DNA of 64,000 nucleotides, from NCBI GenBank assembly GCA_035507575.1, contig DATJNY010000019.1, forward strand, positions 17,681-81,680. Direction: 5' to 3'. The stretch is from Thermoplasmata archaeon (GTDB taxonomy: Archaea > Thermoplasmatota > Thermoplasmata > Lutacidiplasmatales > UBA184). The translations under genes were made by a program, and so were the position numbers. Below are positions 1-10,351 of the stretch, in pieces; the first letter of the stretch is position 1, and every line of letters begins with the position of its first letter. The notes beneath the pieces are model-generated. The model was not told the DNA's origin, did not search any database, and was given only the letters and a program-made list of their open reading frames with translations.

Positions 1-519
1 TGGCCGTACTACGTGCGGCTGGTGCGCGGAGAGGTCCTGGCCGTGAAGCACCTCCCGTACGTCACCGCGGCCCGGGCCGCCGGCGTGACGGAGAACCGGA
101 TCCTGCTCCGCCACGTGCTCCGGAACGTCACGGAGCCGCTCGTCGTCTACTTCACGCTCGACATCGGCACCGTGCTCGTCACCTACTCGACGATCGCGTA
201 CATCGGCGTCGCGTCGAAGTACCCGGGACCCCAGCCCGAGTGGGGGGCGATGCTCGCGTTCTACCAGAACTCCGCGCCGATCAGCACGTACCCGTGGCTC
301 GTCCTCGCCCCCGGCGCGGCGGTGTTCGTCACGGTGATCGCGTTCAGCCTGCTCGGGGACGGGCTCCGGGACATCCTCGATCCGAGGACCCGGCGCGCGT
401 TCGTCCGGGGGACGTCGACCCACGACCCGCCGCCCGAGACGCCCGCGCCCGGACCCGCGGCGGTCGCCCCGGTCCCCGAGGGCGGGATCGGGAGTCCGGA
501 GCCCGGAGGGGGGGCGTGA
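1..519 (+). CDS. dppC: Peptide/oligopeptide ABC transporter permease, DppC/OppC family (5' truncated by window)
   Basis: Frame is open from base 1 (WPYYVRLVRGEVL). EAA-like loop 'YVTAARAAG', 'PEWGAML', and C-terminal 'FSLLGDGLRDILDPR'. Confidence 0.9.
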   Translation, partial: WPYYVRLVRGEVLAVKHLPYVTAARAAGVTENRILLRHVLRNVTEPLVVYFTLDIGTVLVTYSTIAYIGVASKYPGPQPEWGAMLAFYQNSAPISTYPWLVLAPGAAVFVTVIAFSLLGDGLRDILDPRTRRAFVRGTSTHDPPPETPAPGPAAVAPVPEGGIGSPEPGGGA

Positions 520-1673
520 CCGATCCCGTCCTCGTGGTGAAGGACCTCGCGGTGACGTACACCGTCGGCGCCGGGACGTTCTTCGCCGTCTCGGACGTTT
601 CCCTCGAGATCGAGCCCGGGAAGGTCATCGGCATCGTCGGGGAGACCGGCTGCGGGAAGAGCACGCTCGCGAAGGCGATCCCCCGCCTCCTCCCCGAGCC
701 CCCCGCGACGATCGGCTCCGGCACGATCGTCTTCCGCGGCACGGACCTCGTGCGGGTGCCGAAGCGCCAGCTCCCGATGGTCCGCGGGACGGGCATCGGG
801 ATGATCTTCCAGGAGCCGCTCAACTCCCTCAACCCGGCGTTCCGGGTCTTCGACCAGCTCGCGGAGGCGATCCGGATCCGCCACTATCGCGAGATGGGCT
901 GGGTGCGTTCGTTCCAGGGCGGCGCCCAGCCGTTCGACTACTCGAAGCCGCCGAACACGACGACCGTCGCGAGCGTGCTCTCGAAACCGATCGTGCCGGG
1001 CGGGGCCGCCGAGGAAGCGGTGCACGACCGCCTCGCGACCCGCTCGCAGTTCCGGGAGGAGGTCCTCTCCTACCTGCGGCTCGTCCGGATCAACGACCCC
1101 GAGACGATCCTGAACCTGTTCCCGCACGAGCTGTCCGGCGGGATGCGCCAGCGGGTGATGATCGCCATGGCCCTGAGCGAGAAGCCCTCGCTCCTGATCG
1201 CCGACGAACCGACGAGCGCGCTCGACGTGACGATCCAGGCGCAGGTCCTCACGCTGATGAAGGAGTTGATCGACGAGGTCCACGCCGCGATCCTGTTCAT
1301 CAGCCACGACCTCGGGGTGATCGCGGAGACCGCCGACGAGATCGGGGTGATGTACGCGGGCCGGATCGTCGAGTACGGCCCCGTCGCCGAGGTGTTCCGC
1401 GACCCGCGCCACCCGTACACCAAGGCGCTGCTCAAGGCCGCGCCCGCCCACTACAAGTCCGACGGGCCGCTCAGCTCGATCCCCGGCGCCGTCCCGAACC
1501 TCTCCCGACCGCCGTCCGGCTGCCGGTTCCACCCGCGCTGCACGCTCGCCCGCGACGTCTGCAAGGGCGTGTCGCCGCCCCTCGCGCCGGTCGACCCGGC
1601 GGCGCCGGCGGACTCGATGCACATCCACCGCAGCGCGTGCTACTTCCAAGCGGAGGTGCCAGGTCTGCCGTGA
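516..1673 (+). CDS. dppD: Peptide ABC transporter ATPase, DppD/OppD family
   Basis: GTG at 516 overlaps the dppC stop (GTGA). Walker [23 protein letters not shown], oligo_HPY motif HPYT, and C-terminal GCRFHPRC. Confidence 0.92.
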   Translation: MTDPVLVVKDLAVTYTVGAGTFFAVSDVSLEIEPGKVIGIVGETGCGKSTLAKAIPRLLPEPPATIGSGTIVFRGTDLVRVPKRQLPMVRGTGIGMIFQEPLNSLNPAFRVFDQLAEAIRIRHYREMGWVRSFQGGAQPFDYSKPPNTTTVASVLSKPIVPGGAAEEAVHDRLATRSQFREEVLSYLRLVRINDPETILNLFPHELSGGMRQRVMIAMALSEKPSLLIADEPTSALDVTIQAQVLTLMKELIDEVHAAILFISHDLGVIAETADEIGVMYAGRIVEYGPVAEVFRDPRHPYTKALLKAAPAHYKSDGPLSSIPGAVPNLSRPPSGCRFHPRCTLARDVCKGVSPPLAPVDPAAPADSMHIHRSACYFQAEVPGLP

Positions 1674-2749
1674 GCGCCTCCGCCCCGCCGCTCCTGGAGA
1701 CCGAGCAGCTCGAGAAGTGGTTCCCGCTCACCCGCAGCCTCACCGACACGTTCCGACGCGCGAAGACGCGCTCGGTCCACGCGGTCGACGTCGTCTCCCT
1801 CTCCGTCGGCGCGGGCGAAACGCTCGGGTTGATCGGCGAGTCCGGCTCGGGGAAGACGACGTTCGGATGGTTGATCGCCCGGTTGCACGAACCGACGGGC
1901 GGGGCGATCCGGTTCGACGGCCGAGAGATCACCCACCTCCGGGGGGAGGCGCTGCGCGCCTGGCGCCGCAACGTCCAGATCGTCTTCCAGGACCCGGTCG
2001 GGTCGCTCGATCCGCGCCTCCGGGTCTGGCAGATCGTCGGCGAGCCGATCCGGGCCCAGACGGGCGTCGCCGGCGCGGCGCTCCGCGCCCGGGTGCGCGA
2101 TCTCCTCCCGGACGTCGGCCTCCCGCCGGACTGCATCGACCAGTATCCCCACGAGTTCTCGGGCGGCGGCCGCCAGCGCCTGTCGATGGCCCGGGCACTC
2201 TCGGTGAGCCCGCGGCTGATCGTCCTCGATGAGCCGACGAGCGCGCTCGACGTCGCGGTCCAGGCCCAGATCCTGAACCGGCTCGTCACCCTGCAGCGGG
2301 AGCGGGGCCTCTCCTACGTGCTGATCACGCACAACGTCGCGGCGGTCCGGTTCGTCGCGGACCGGGTCGCGGTGATGTACCTCGGGCGCCTCGTCGAGGT
2401 CGGCGGGGTCCACGAGGTGCTCGAGCACCCCGTCCACCCGTACACGAAGGCGCTGCTCGCCGCGGTGCCGTTCCCCGATCCGAGCCGCCGCCGCACCCGC
2501 TACCGGATCGGCGGGGACATCCCGTCGCTCGTCGACCCGAAGCCGGGGTGCCGGTTCGCCCCGCGCTGCCCGTTCGTGATCCCGCGGTGCCGCGTCGAGG
2601 ACCCGCCGCTCGCCCCGGTGGCGGGCGCCGGCGGGGTGCGCCTCGTCGCGTGCCACCGCGCGGAGGAGGTCAAGGAGATCGCTCCCGAGAGCCTCCTCGC
2701 CACCGCCCCCGCGACCCCGGCCGCCCCCCCCGAGCCCGTGACGGGCTAG
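1670..2749 (+). CDS. dppF: Peptide ABC transporter ATPase, DppF/OppF family
   Basis: GTG at 1670 overlaps the dppD stop. Walker A GESGSGKT, FSGGGRQR, LDEPT, HPYT, GCRFAPRC. Confidence 0.92.
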   Translation: MSASAPPLLETEQLEKWFPLTRSLTDTFRRAKTRSVHAVDVVSLSVGAGETLGLIGESGSGKTTFGWLIARLHEPTGGAIRFDGREITHLRGEALRAWRRNVQIVFQDPVGSLDPRLRVWQIVGEPIRAQTGVAGAALRARVRDLLPDVGLPPDCIDQYPHEFSGGGRQRLSMARALSVSPRLIVLDEPTSALDVAVQAQILNRLVTLQRERGLSYVLITHNVAAVRFVADRVAVMYLGRLVEVGGVHEVLEHPVHPYTKALLAAVPFPDPSRRRTRYRIGGDIPSLVDPKPGCRFAPRCPFVIPRCRVEDPPLAPVAGAGGVRLVACHRAEEVKEIAPESLLATAPATPAAPPEPVTG

Positions 2750-2777
2750 CGCCGCGCGCCTCGGCGAAGGCGTCCCG

Positions 2778-4709
2778 TCAGCTCAACCACTGCGTGTTGA
2801 AGCCGATCGCGAACGGCTCGGCGCTCGCCATCGGATTGAAGATGTAGCCGTGGAGGTTCGTCGTGAAGACCGCGAACGACGTCGGCACCACGAGCCAGAT
2901 CTCGGTGTAGTTGTCGTAGAGCGTCTGGGTCATGTTCGTGTAGTATGCGGTGAGGTCGGCGGGGTTCGAGTCGCTCGCCGCATTGTACACCCAGTCGTCG
3001 TATGTCGCGTTGTACGCGGCGGAGGCGCCCGAGTTGAAACCGGCCATGCACTCGTTGGCGCTCCCGGTGCTCACGAAGTCGTTCTGGGTCCAGTCGTCCG
3101 GCGAGATGTAGTCGGACGTGTAGAACTCCTGACCCATGTAGAACGGCCCGCCGTTCGCGCTCGTCGACGAGACGCACGCCCCGTTCGAGTCGAGACCCTG
3201 CTCCTCGTAGAGCTCGTCGAGGCTCACGCCGACCGGGTTGATCGTGATCCCGATCTTCGCGAGGTCCTGCTCGAGGAACTGCGCCGTATCGGCCCAATCG
3301 GCCCCGACGTTGAGGTACATGTAATTGATCGAGGTGCCGGCGCACGCGTTCGCGGCGCACGGCGAGTCGGCGATCTCCTGCTGGGCGAGCGTCAGGTTGT
3401 AGCTGTAGTACGGCTCGTCCGCGGTGACGTTGTTGTTGTACGGATACGACGGGGGCACCGGCCCGACCCACTGGGAGGCGTAGCCGCCGAACGCCTGGGC
3501 GATGATCTGCTGGTAGTCGATCGCGTGCGTGATCGCCTCCCGGACGGAGAGATTGTTGAACGGATAGACGGACTGGTTCAGGAAGATCCACCAGGAGCCG
3601 CTCGTCGCGCCGTAGACGATCGGCAGGGGATCGACGACGACGTTCGAGAATCCCTGGAGCTGCTGGATCGTGGACGGTCCCACGTAGGCAAAGGAGGCGC
3701 CCTGGACCTGGCCGGTCTTCAGGTCGTTGACGGTGATGTCGATCGTGTCCTGGAAGATGATCTCGACCGAGGTGTTCGCTGGCGCGACGTTGTTGTTCCA
3801 CGGCTGGGTCGCGTACGCGCTCGCGCCCCAGTACTTCGGGTTCGGCGTGAGCGTGTAGCCGCCGCCGCCGACCCCGTTGTAGCCGTTCAGGACGTACGGC
3901 CCCGTACCCATCGTGTTGGTGGCCGCGTAGTCGTTCACGTTCCCTTCGACGACCCCTCCGTTCGCGTCGATCCAGACCGGATCGACCGCGTAGGAGTTCG
4001 GCGCGGAGATCGACGCGAGGAGGTACGTGTAGTTCGAATCCAGGTATCCGTATCCGAGGTTCAAGGCGATCGACTCGTTGGTGAGGACCTGGAACGACTG
4101 GTTCGGCTCGGACATCGCCTGGATCTCGGCGACGGTCGGCGTGTCGAAGTTCCAGCTGTTGAGGTCGTTCACGAGCGTCGCGTTCGCGCTCTGGATGTCC
4201 GTCAGGTTCGAGTAGTACGACAGCGGGTTCGACGGGTCGAAGTTCGTCGAGTAGAAGTTCTGCTCGAGGATGAACTGCGGACCCTGGGCGAGCAGCAGGC
4301 TGCGATAGAGGCTGTACCACTGGACGTAGGCGTTGTACGGGTCCCCGTTCGAGAAGACCACGCCCGGGCGGAGCTCGAAGGTGTACGTCTCAAAGCCCGT
4401 GTTCGGGTTGTACGAGATAGTGCCGTTGTTCGTCGCAAGGACGCCGGTGAAGCCCGTCACCTGCGACCCGTTGTAGTTCACGAGTCCCTGGTAGACCTGC
4501 TGGACCGCGGCCCACCCCGGCGTGGAGAACGTGACGGCGGGGTCGAGCGAGTCGGGGATCTCGGCCTGGTCGATGCAGATGTACGCGGTCTGGTTCGGAC
4601 CGCAGTTCGACGTCGTCGAATGCTTCAGCGCGAAGTACGCGCCGATCCCGGCCACGATGACGATCACCACGACCGCGATAACGATGATATTGCGCGTTTG
4701 CGGCTTCAT
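2778..4709 (-). CDS. ABC transporter substrate-binding protein, family 5 (DppA/OppA-like), N-terminally membrane anchored
   Basis: N-terminal TM helix, 'PDSLDPA', 'YTFELRPGVVFSNGDP', 'MGTGPY', 'PFNNLSVREAITHAID'. Convergent with dppDF. Confidence 0.9.
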   Translation of the reverse strand: MKPQTRNIIVIAVVVIVIVAGIGAYFALKHSTTSNCGPNQTAYICIDQAEIPDSLDPAVTFSTPGWAAVQQVYQGLVNYNGSQVTGFTGVLATNNGTISYNPNTGFETYTFELRPGVVFSNGDPYNAYVQWYSLYRSLLLAQGPQFILEQNFYSTNFDPSNPLSYYSNLTDIQSANATLVNDLNSWNFDTPTVAEIQAMSEPNQSFQVLTNESIALNLGYGYLDSNYTYLLASISAPNSYAVDPVWIDANGGVVEGNVNDYAATNTMGTGPYVLNGYNGVGGGGYTLTPNPKYWGASAYATQPWNNNVAPANTSVEIIFQDTIDITVNDLKTGQVQGASFAYVGPSTIQQLQGFSNVVVDPLPIVYGATSGSWWIFLNQSVYPFNNLSVREAITHAIDYQQIIAQAFGGYASQWVGPVPPSYPYNNNVTADEPYYSYNLTLAQQEIADSPCAANACAGTSINYMYLNVGADWADTAQFLEQDLAKIGITINPVGVSLDELYEEQGLDSNGACVSSTSANGGPFYMGQEFYTSDYISPDDWTQNDFVSTGSANECMAGFNSGASAAYNATYDDWVYNAASDSNPADLTAYYTNMTQTLYDNYTEIWLVVPTSFAVFTTNLHGYIFNPMASAEPFAIGFNTQWLS

Positions 4710-4852
4710 AATCCGGGGCTCTTGCGGAGCCGGTCGCGGGACCGGCGACCCCCTTGATAAGGTATGCCATGGGGGGTTTTTCCGCCGAGAACTCTGGTCG
4801 GCGACGCCAGCCTATTTAGACGCGCGGAACTCGCGGGTCGACGGGGCCGAGC

Positions 4853-6346
4853 ATGACGGTCAAGATGCTGATCGGGGGCGAGTGGGTCGCCGCGCACGGC
4901 GAGGCGACGACGCCCGTCGCGAGCCCGTTCGACGGGGCGAAGCTGGAGGAGGTCCCCCGCGGGACGCGGGAGGACGCCCGGCATGCGATCGACGCGGCGC
5001 GCGAGGCGTTCGACCGGGGCCCGTGGCCCCGGCTCCCCCCGCGGGCGCGCGGCGAGGTGTTCCTGAAGGCCGCGCAGATCCTGACCGCGCGGCTCCCGCA
5101 GCTCGCCGAGCTCGAGTCGCGCAACCAGGGCAAGACGATCAAGCAGGCGCTGGACGCCGACCTTCCCTTCTCCGTCGATAATCTGATCTTCTACGCCGGC
5201 GCCGGCCGCACCCTGGAGGCGAAGAGCCCGGGGGAGTTCACTGGCGAGGGCACGACGATCCTCCGTCGGGAACCGATCGGCGTCGTGGCGTCGATCACCC
5301 CGTGGAACTACCCGTTCATGATGGCCGTTTGGAAGATCGGGCCCGCGCTCATCACCGGTAACACGGTGGTCCTCAAGCCGGCGAGCTGGACCCCGCTCAC
5401 GACCCTCGAGCTCGGCCGGGCGTTCCAGGAAGCCGGCGTCCCGGCGGGAGCGCTCAACGTGGTCACGGGCCCCGGGGACGAGGTCGGGGACGAGCTCTCC
5501 CGCAATGCGAAGGTCGATCTCGTCTCGCTGACCGGCGACACCGCGACGGGGCGGAAGATCATGGAGGCGGCGAGCCACACCGTGAAGCGCGTCCAGCTCG
5601 AGCTCGGCGGCAAGGCCCCGTTCGTCGTCTTCGAGGACGCCGACCTCGCCGCGGCGGTCGAAGGGGCGATCGTCGCCGGCTTCGTGAACGGCGGCCAGGA
5701 CTGCACCGCGGCGACGCGCCTCATCGTCCACGAGAAGGTGCGCGACCCGTTCGTCCGACGGCTCCTCGAGCGCGTGGCGACGATCCGGATGGGGGATCCC
5801 CTCTCCCGATCGACCGATCTCGGCCCGCTCGTCCACGTGACGCACCAGCAGCGGGTCCTGCACTTCGTCGAGCAGGGCCAGGAGGAAGGCGCGAAGCTCG
5901 TCGCGGGCAGCCCCGAGGCGCCGAAGGAGCTCCCGCACGGCGCGTTCGTGCGCCCAACGATCTTCGACGCCGTCGCGCCCGACATGGCGATCGCGCAGAA
6001 GGAGGTGTTCGGGCCGGTGCTCGACGTCCTCACGTTCGGCTCGTTCGACGAGGCGATCCAGATCGCGAACGGGGTCGAGTACGGCCTCGCAGGGAGCGTC
6101 TGGACGAACGATCTCCGCACGGCGATCCGCGCGTCGAACGCGTTGCGGTTCGGGGACGTCTGGATCAACGATCACCTCCCGCTCGGCTCGGAGACGCCGC
6201 ACGGGGGATTCAAGCAGTCCGGCTTCGGCAAGGACCTCGGCACGGACTCGCTGCTCGACTACACCGCGATCAAGAACATCTACATCGACCTCACGGGGCA
6301 GGCCCGCAAGGGGTGGCACTACCTCACCTACGGCGATCCGGCCTGA
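4853..6346 (+). CDS. NAD-dependent aldehyde dehydrogenase, aminobutyraldehyde dehydrogenase (PatD/YdcW)-like
   Basis: ITPWNYP, LELGGKAP, catalytic 'GGQDCTAATR', EVFGPV, 'TPHGGFKQSGFGKD'. Confidence 0.85.
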   Translation: MTVKMLIGGEWVAAHGEATTPVASPFDGAKLEEVPRGTREDARHAIDAAREAFDRGPWPRLPPRARGEVFLKAAQILTARLPQLAELESRNQGKTIKQALDADLPFSVDNLIFYAGAGRTLEAKSPGEFTGEGTTILRREPIGVVASITPWNYPFMMAVWKIGPALITGNTVVLKPASWTPLTTLELGRAFQEAGVPAGALNVVTGPGDEVGDELSRNAKVDLVSLTGDTATGRKIMEAASHTVKRVQLELGGKAPFVVFEDADLAAAVEGAIVAGFVNGGQDCTAATRLIVHEKVRDPFVRRLLERVATIRMGDPLSRSTDLGPLVHVTHQQRVLHFVEQGQEEGAKLVAGSPEAPKELPHGAFVRPTIFDAVAPDMAIAQKEVFGPVLDVLTFGSFDEAIQIANGVEYGLAGSVWTNDLRTAIRASNALRFGDVWINDHLPLGSETPHGGFKQSGFGKDLGTDSLLDYTAIKNIYIDLTGQARKGWHYLTYGDPA

Positions 6347-6354
6347 GGGGACCC

Positions 6355-7839
6355 GTGGCGGACGGCATCCCGGCGAGCGGCAAGGGCGCCCTCCTGATCG
6401 GAGGGGCGTGGCGGGCGCCGTCCGCGCAGCAGTACGCCTCGGTCCACGACCCGTCGACGGGGCGGGTGGTCGGCGAGGCGCCGATCGCCTCGGCGGACGA
6501 GGCGCGCGCCGCGGTCGACGCCGCCGCCGAGGCGGAGGAACGGTGGGCCGAGGTGCCGGGCCACGAACGGGCGCGGATCCTGCGCGCCGCCGCGGCGCGC
6601 CTCGAGGCCGACCGCGAGACGATGGCGCGACTGATCGCTGTCGAGGTCGGAAAGCCGATCACCGACGCCCGGATCGAGGCCGACCGAGCGGCCGGGGTGT
6701 TCCGCCTCGCCGCAGAGGAGATCCGGCATCTGGGCGGCGAGAGTTTCCCGGCCGACGCCTACGAGCGGCCCGCGGGCAACGAGCACCGGTTCCTGTTCAC
6801 GGTCCGGGACCCGATCGGGGTCGTGGTCGCGATCGGTCCGTTTAACTTTCCCCTGAACCTGCTCGCGCACAAGGTCGCGCCGGCGCTCGCGGCCGGCAAT
6901 CCCGTCGTCGCGAAGCCGACGTCGGCGGCGCCGTTCACGGCCCTGCGCCTGGCGGAGCATCTCGTCGCAGCCGGGGTGCTCCCCGGCGCGCTCAACGTCG
7001 TCGTGGGGCCCGGAGGCACGGTCGGCGACGCCCTCGTCGAACACCCGCGGACCCGGCTCGTAACGTTCACCGGGTCGACGGAGGTCGGCAAGGCGCTCGC
7101 GGGGAAGGCGGGGCGCCTCGCGAAACGGGTCATCCTGGAGATGGGGGGCCTCGACCCGTTCGTGGTCCTCGAGGACGCGCCGCTCGAGTCGACGGTCCAG
7201 GCGGCCGCGCGGGGGGTCTTCGCGTATTCCGGCCAGGTGTGCACCGCTTCGAAGCGGTTTCTCGTGCAGGACGGCATCGCGGACGCGTTCGCGGAGCGGC
7301 TCGCGGAACGGGCCCGCGCCCTGCGCGTCGGGCCGGCGCTCGAGGAGACGACCGAGGTCGGGCCCCTCATCGATGCGCAGGCCGTCGCGCGGATGGAGGA
7401 GCTCGTCGACGACGCCCGGGCGCGCTCCGCCCAGGTCCGGGCGGGCGGGCGCCGGCCGCCGGAGCGGACGGAGGGGAATTTCTACGCACCGACGGTCCTG
7501 GACGCTGTGCCCGAGTCGGCCCGGGTCCTCCACGAGGAGCCGTTCGGGCCGATCGCCCCGGTGGTCCGGTTCCACGACCTCGATGACGCGGTGCGGATCG
7601 CCAACGCGACGCCGTACGGATTGCAGGCCGCGGTCTACACGCGCGATCTCGCCCGCGGTTTCGCGCTGGCGAAGCGGATCCGCGCGGGCGGGGTGCACCT
7701 CAACGATCCGACGAACCTGCGTTGGGACGCCCTGCCGTTCGGGGGCGTCCGGGAGAGCGGCCTCGGCCGGGAAGGGCTGCGGTACGCGATGCGGGAGATG
7801 ACCGAGGTGAAGCTGATCTCGGTCAACTACGGCGGCTGA
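6355..7839 (+). CDS. Aldehyde dehydrogenase (lactaldehyde/succinate-semialdehyde dehydrogenase-like)
   Basis: GTG at 6355. IGPFNFPLNL, FTGSTEVG, LEMGG, GQVCT, EPFGP, PFGGVRESGLGREG. Confidence 0.88.
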   Translation: MADGIPASGKGALLIGGAWRAPSAQQYASVHDPSTGRVVGEAPIASADEARAAVDAAAEAEERWAEVPGHERARILRAAAARLEADRETMARLIAVEVGKPITDARIEADRAAGVFRLAAEEIRHLGGESFPADAYERPAGNEHRFLFTVRDPIGVVVAIGPFNFPLNLLAHKVAPALAAGNPVVAKPTSAAPFTALRLAEHLVAAGVLPGALNVVVGPGGTVGDALVEHPRTRLVTFTGSTEVGKALAGKAGRLAKRVILEMGGLDPFVVLEDAPLESTVQAAARGVFAYSGQVCTASKRFLVQDGIADAFAERLAERARALRVGPALEETTEVGPLIDAQAVARMEELVDDARARSAQVRAGGRRPPERTEGNFYAPTVLDAVPESARVLHEEPFGPIAPVVRFHDLDDAVRIANATPYGLQAAVYTRDLARGFALAKRIRAGGVHLNDPTNLRWDALPFGGVRESGLGREGLRYAMREMTEVKLISVNYGG

Positions 7840-7845
7840 GACGGC

Positions 7846-9348
7846 TCACGACGGCTCGGCGTCCGGGAACGTCCGGCCCGGCACGGGCGGGACGACGGGC
7901 CCGGGCAGACCGGGCGCCGGCAGGCGGGGTTCGGCGAGTCCGGTAAGCCCCGGCGCAGTCGGCCGGCTGCCGCGGGCGTGGGGGATCGGCTCGAGGCTAT
8001 CGAGCGCGTCCTCGAACGCGGCGAGCCCGCGCTCCAGGAGCTCGTCCTCGATGGTGAGCGGCGCCATGAACCGCAGCGCCTGGTCCCAGGCGCCGGCGGT
8101 GTGCATCAGCACCCCCCGGGCGAACAGCGCCGAGCGCATCGCCTTCGCGCGATCGCCCCACGGCGCGCGCGAGGCCGCGTCCCGGATGAACTCGACCCCG
8201 ATCATGAACCCCTTTCCCCGGACGTCGCCGATCGCGGGATGCGCCGACGCCATGCCGCGGAACCGCTCGACGAGCGCCGCGCCCCGATGGCGCGTCCGTT
8301 CCAGGAGGTCGCCCTCCCGGAGCACCTTCAGGACCTCGGTCCCGACGGCGAGGGCGAGCGGGTTGCCGCGATACGTTCCGATGTGGAACCCGCGCGGGAG
8401 CTCCTTCACGAGATCGGATCGGTAGGCGACCATCGAGACCGGGATCCCGCCCCCGATCGTCTTCGCGATGCAGAGCAGGTCCGGCGTCACCCCGGCGTGC
8501 TCGACCCCCCACATCCGGCCGGTCCGGCCGAGTCCCGTCTGGACCTCGTCCGCGATCAGGAGGATGCTGTGGCGGTCGCAGAACTCCCGGAGCGCCGGCA
8601 GGAAGTCGTCCGGGGGGACGACGTACCCCCCCTCGCCGAGGATCGGCTCGACGAGCACCGCGGAGACGGCGTCGATCCCCGACGCGGGATCGCTCACGAG
8701 GTGCTCCAGGTACGCGATCGTGCCGGCCGCCCCCTCCTCCGCCCCGAGAACGGGCCGGTAGGGGTCCGGGAACGGCACGCGCACGACACTCCCCCCGCCG
8801 AACGCGGACGTGGCGTGGTACCGTCGGGCGCTCGTCAGCCCCACGACGCCGCCGTGGACGCCGTGGTAGGCGCCCGAGAACGCCACCGTTCCGTGCTTCC
8901 CCTGGGCGAAGTCGGCGAGCGACACGGCGGTCTCGACCGCATCGCCGCCGGTGACGGTGAACAGGACCCGCGCGTGGTGGCGCAGGGAGCCGGGCAGCGC
9001 GTCCTGGAGCTCCTTGAGGAATGCGATCCGGACCTCGGTCGGGAGCTCGAGCGCGTGCCAAATCCGCTCCGATTGGGCCTGCATCGCCGCGACGAGGCGG
9101 GGATGGCGATGACCGAGATTGAGGACCGAGATGCCGGCGACCCAGTCGAGGTACCGGTTCCCGTCGACATCCTCGATCGTCGAGCCCTGCGCGCGGGCCG
9201 GCGCCATCGGAAAGTAGTGCGGATAGCCGATCGCGTCGGTCTCCCAGCGCCCCTGCGACTCGAGGAGCCGCCGCGAGTTCGGGCCGGGCGGAGGGACGAC
9301 GATCCGGGGCGCGTCCGGGTAGCTCAACCACGTGGAGCGATCCGTCAC
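7846..9348 (-). CDS. Class III PLP aminotransferase (4-aminobutyrate/diaminobutyrate aminotransferase-like)
   Basis: GTG at 9348. 'PPPGPNSR', 'DVDGNRYLD', 'EPILGEGG', 'DEVQTGLGRTG', PLP-Lys 'IAKTIGGG'. Confidence 0.88.
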   Translation of the reverse strand: MTDRSTWLSYPDAPRIVVPPPGPNSRRLLESQGRWETDAIGYPHYFPMAPARAQGSTIEDVDGNRYLDWVAGISVLNLGHRHPRLVAAMQAQSERIWHALELPTEVRIAFLKELQDALPGSLRHHARVLFTVTGGDAVETAVSLADFAQGKHGTVAFSGAYHGVHGGVVGLTSARRYHATSAFGGGSVVRVPFPDPYRPVLGAEEGAAGTIAYLEHLVSDPASGIDAVSAVLVEPILGEGGYVVPPDDFLPALREFCDRHSILLIADEVQTGLGRTGRMWGVEHAGVTPDLLCIAKTIGGGIPVSMVAYRSDLVKELPRGFHIGTYRGNPLALAVGTEVLKVLREGDLLERTRHRGAALVERFRGMASAHPAIGDVRGKGFMIGVEFIRDAASRAPWGDRAKAMRSALFARGVLMHTAGAWDQALRFMAPLTIEDELLERGLAAFEDALDSLEPIPHARGSRPTAPGLTGLAEPRLPAPGLPGPVVPPVPGRTFPDAEPS

Positions 9349-9443
9349 GGCGCCCTCGCCCCGAGCACCGGCGTTCGCCCATATAACGGAGGACGCGGCG
9401 CCGGCCCGGGCAATTTTATCGACCCAAGTCGTCCCGTGCGACG

Positions 9444-10304
9444 ATGGCGGGTGCGAGCGAACCCCGGATCGACACCCACCTGCACCTGACGCGCTGGTGG
9501 CCGGACCTGGCCGGGACCGCCTATCGCGCGGACCTCGAGTACAACTCCGCGGGGCTGCTCGACGAGATGACCGCCGCCGGCATCGACTACGGGCTCGTGA
9601 TCCAGATCCACGAGGCACCGAGCGTCGAGGAAGCGCTCGAGGAGAGCCAGACGCTCGCGGCGGCGAGCGGAGGGCGGCTTCGCCCCGTCGTGACCGTCGA
9701 TCCGACCCGGGGCGAGGGCGCGGTCGCGGAAGCGCTCGCGCTCTGGGAGTCGGACCCCGCCATCGCCGGGGTCAAGCTGTTCCCGGGCTACCTGCCGTTC
9801 TACCCGCACGACCCTCGGGTCGACCCGATCTACGAGTTCGCGGGACGGCGCCGGCTCCCCGTCCTGATCCACCAAGGGGACACGCTCGACCGGAAGGGTC
9901 GGATCAAATTCGCCCGCCCGATCGAAGTGGACGAGGTCGCGGTCCGCTACCCGGACGTCCGCTTCGTGCTCTGCCACTTCGGCAACCCGTGGATCGACGA
10001 AGCGGCGGAACTCGTGTACAAGAACGAGAACGTCTACGCCGATACCTCGGGGCTGCTCGCGCATCCGTCCGCCCCCTACTTCGACCGGATGGTGGAGGAG
10101 TGCCGGGCGCGCATCGGACGCGCGATCCTGTCGATCGGCGCCGCCGACCGGATCCTGTACGGCTCGGACTGGCCGCTCGAGGAGCTGTGCCTCGCGGTCG
10201 ATCTCGTCGCTCGTCTCGATCTCCCGGCGGAGGACCGGGCGAAGATCCTCGGCGGGAACGCGGCCCGCCTGTTCGGCTTCCCGCGCCGGTCCGGGTCGTC
10301 ATAA
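9444..10304 (+). CDS. Amidohydrolase_2 family metal-dependent hydrolase
   Basis: IDTHLH metal motif, GVKLFP, VLIHQG, LCHFGNP, 'RILYGSDWP', 'ILGGNAARL'. Confidence 0.85.
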   Translation: MAGASEPRIDTHLHLTRWWPDLAGTAYRADLEYNSAGLLDEMTAAGIDYGLVIQIHEAPSVEEALEESQTLAAASGGRLRPVVTVDPTRGEGAVAEALALWESDPAIAGVKLFPGYLPFYPHDPRVDPIYEFAGRRRLPVLIHQGDTLDRKGRIKFARPIEVDEVAVRYPDVRFVLCHFGNPWIDEAAELVYKNENVYADTSGLLAHPSAPYFDRMVEECRARIGRAILSIGAADRILYGSDWPLEELCLAVDLVARLDLPAEDRAKILGGNAARLFGFPRRSGSS

Positions 10305-10351
10305 CCCGGACGCCTCTCGGGGGGCGGTTCCGGACGGGGCCGGGGGACGTC

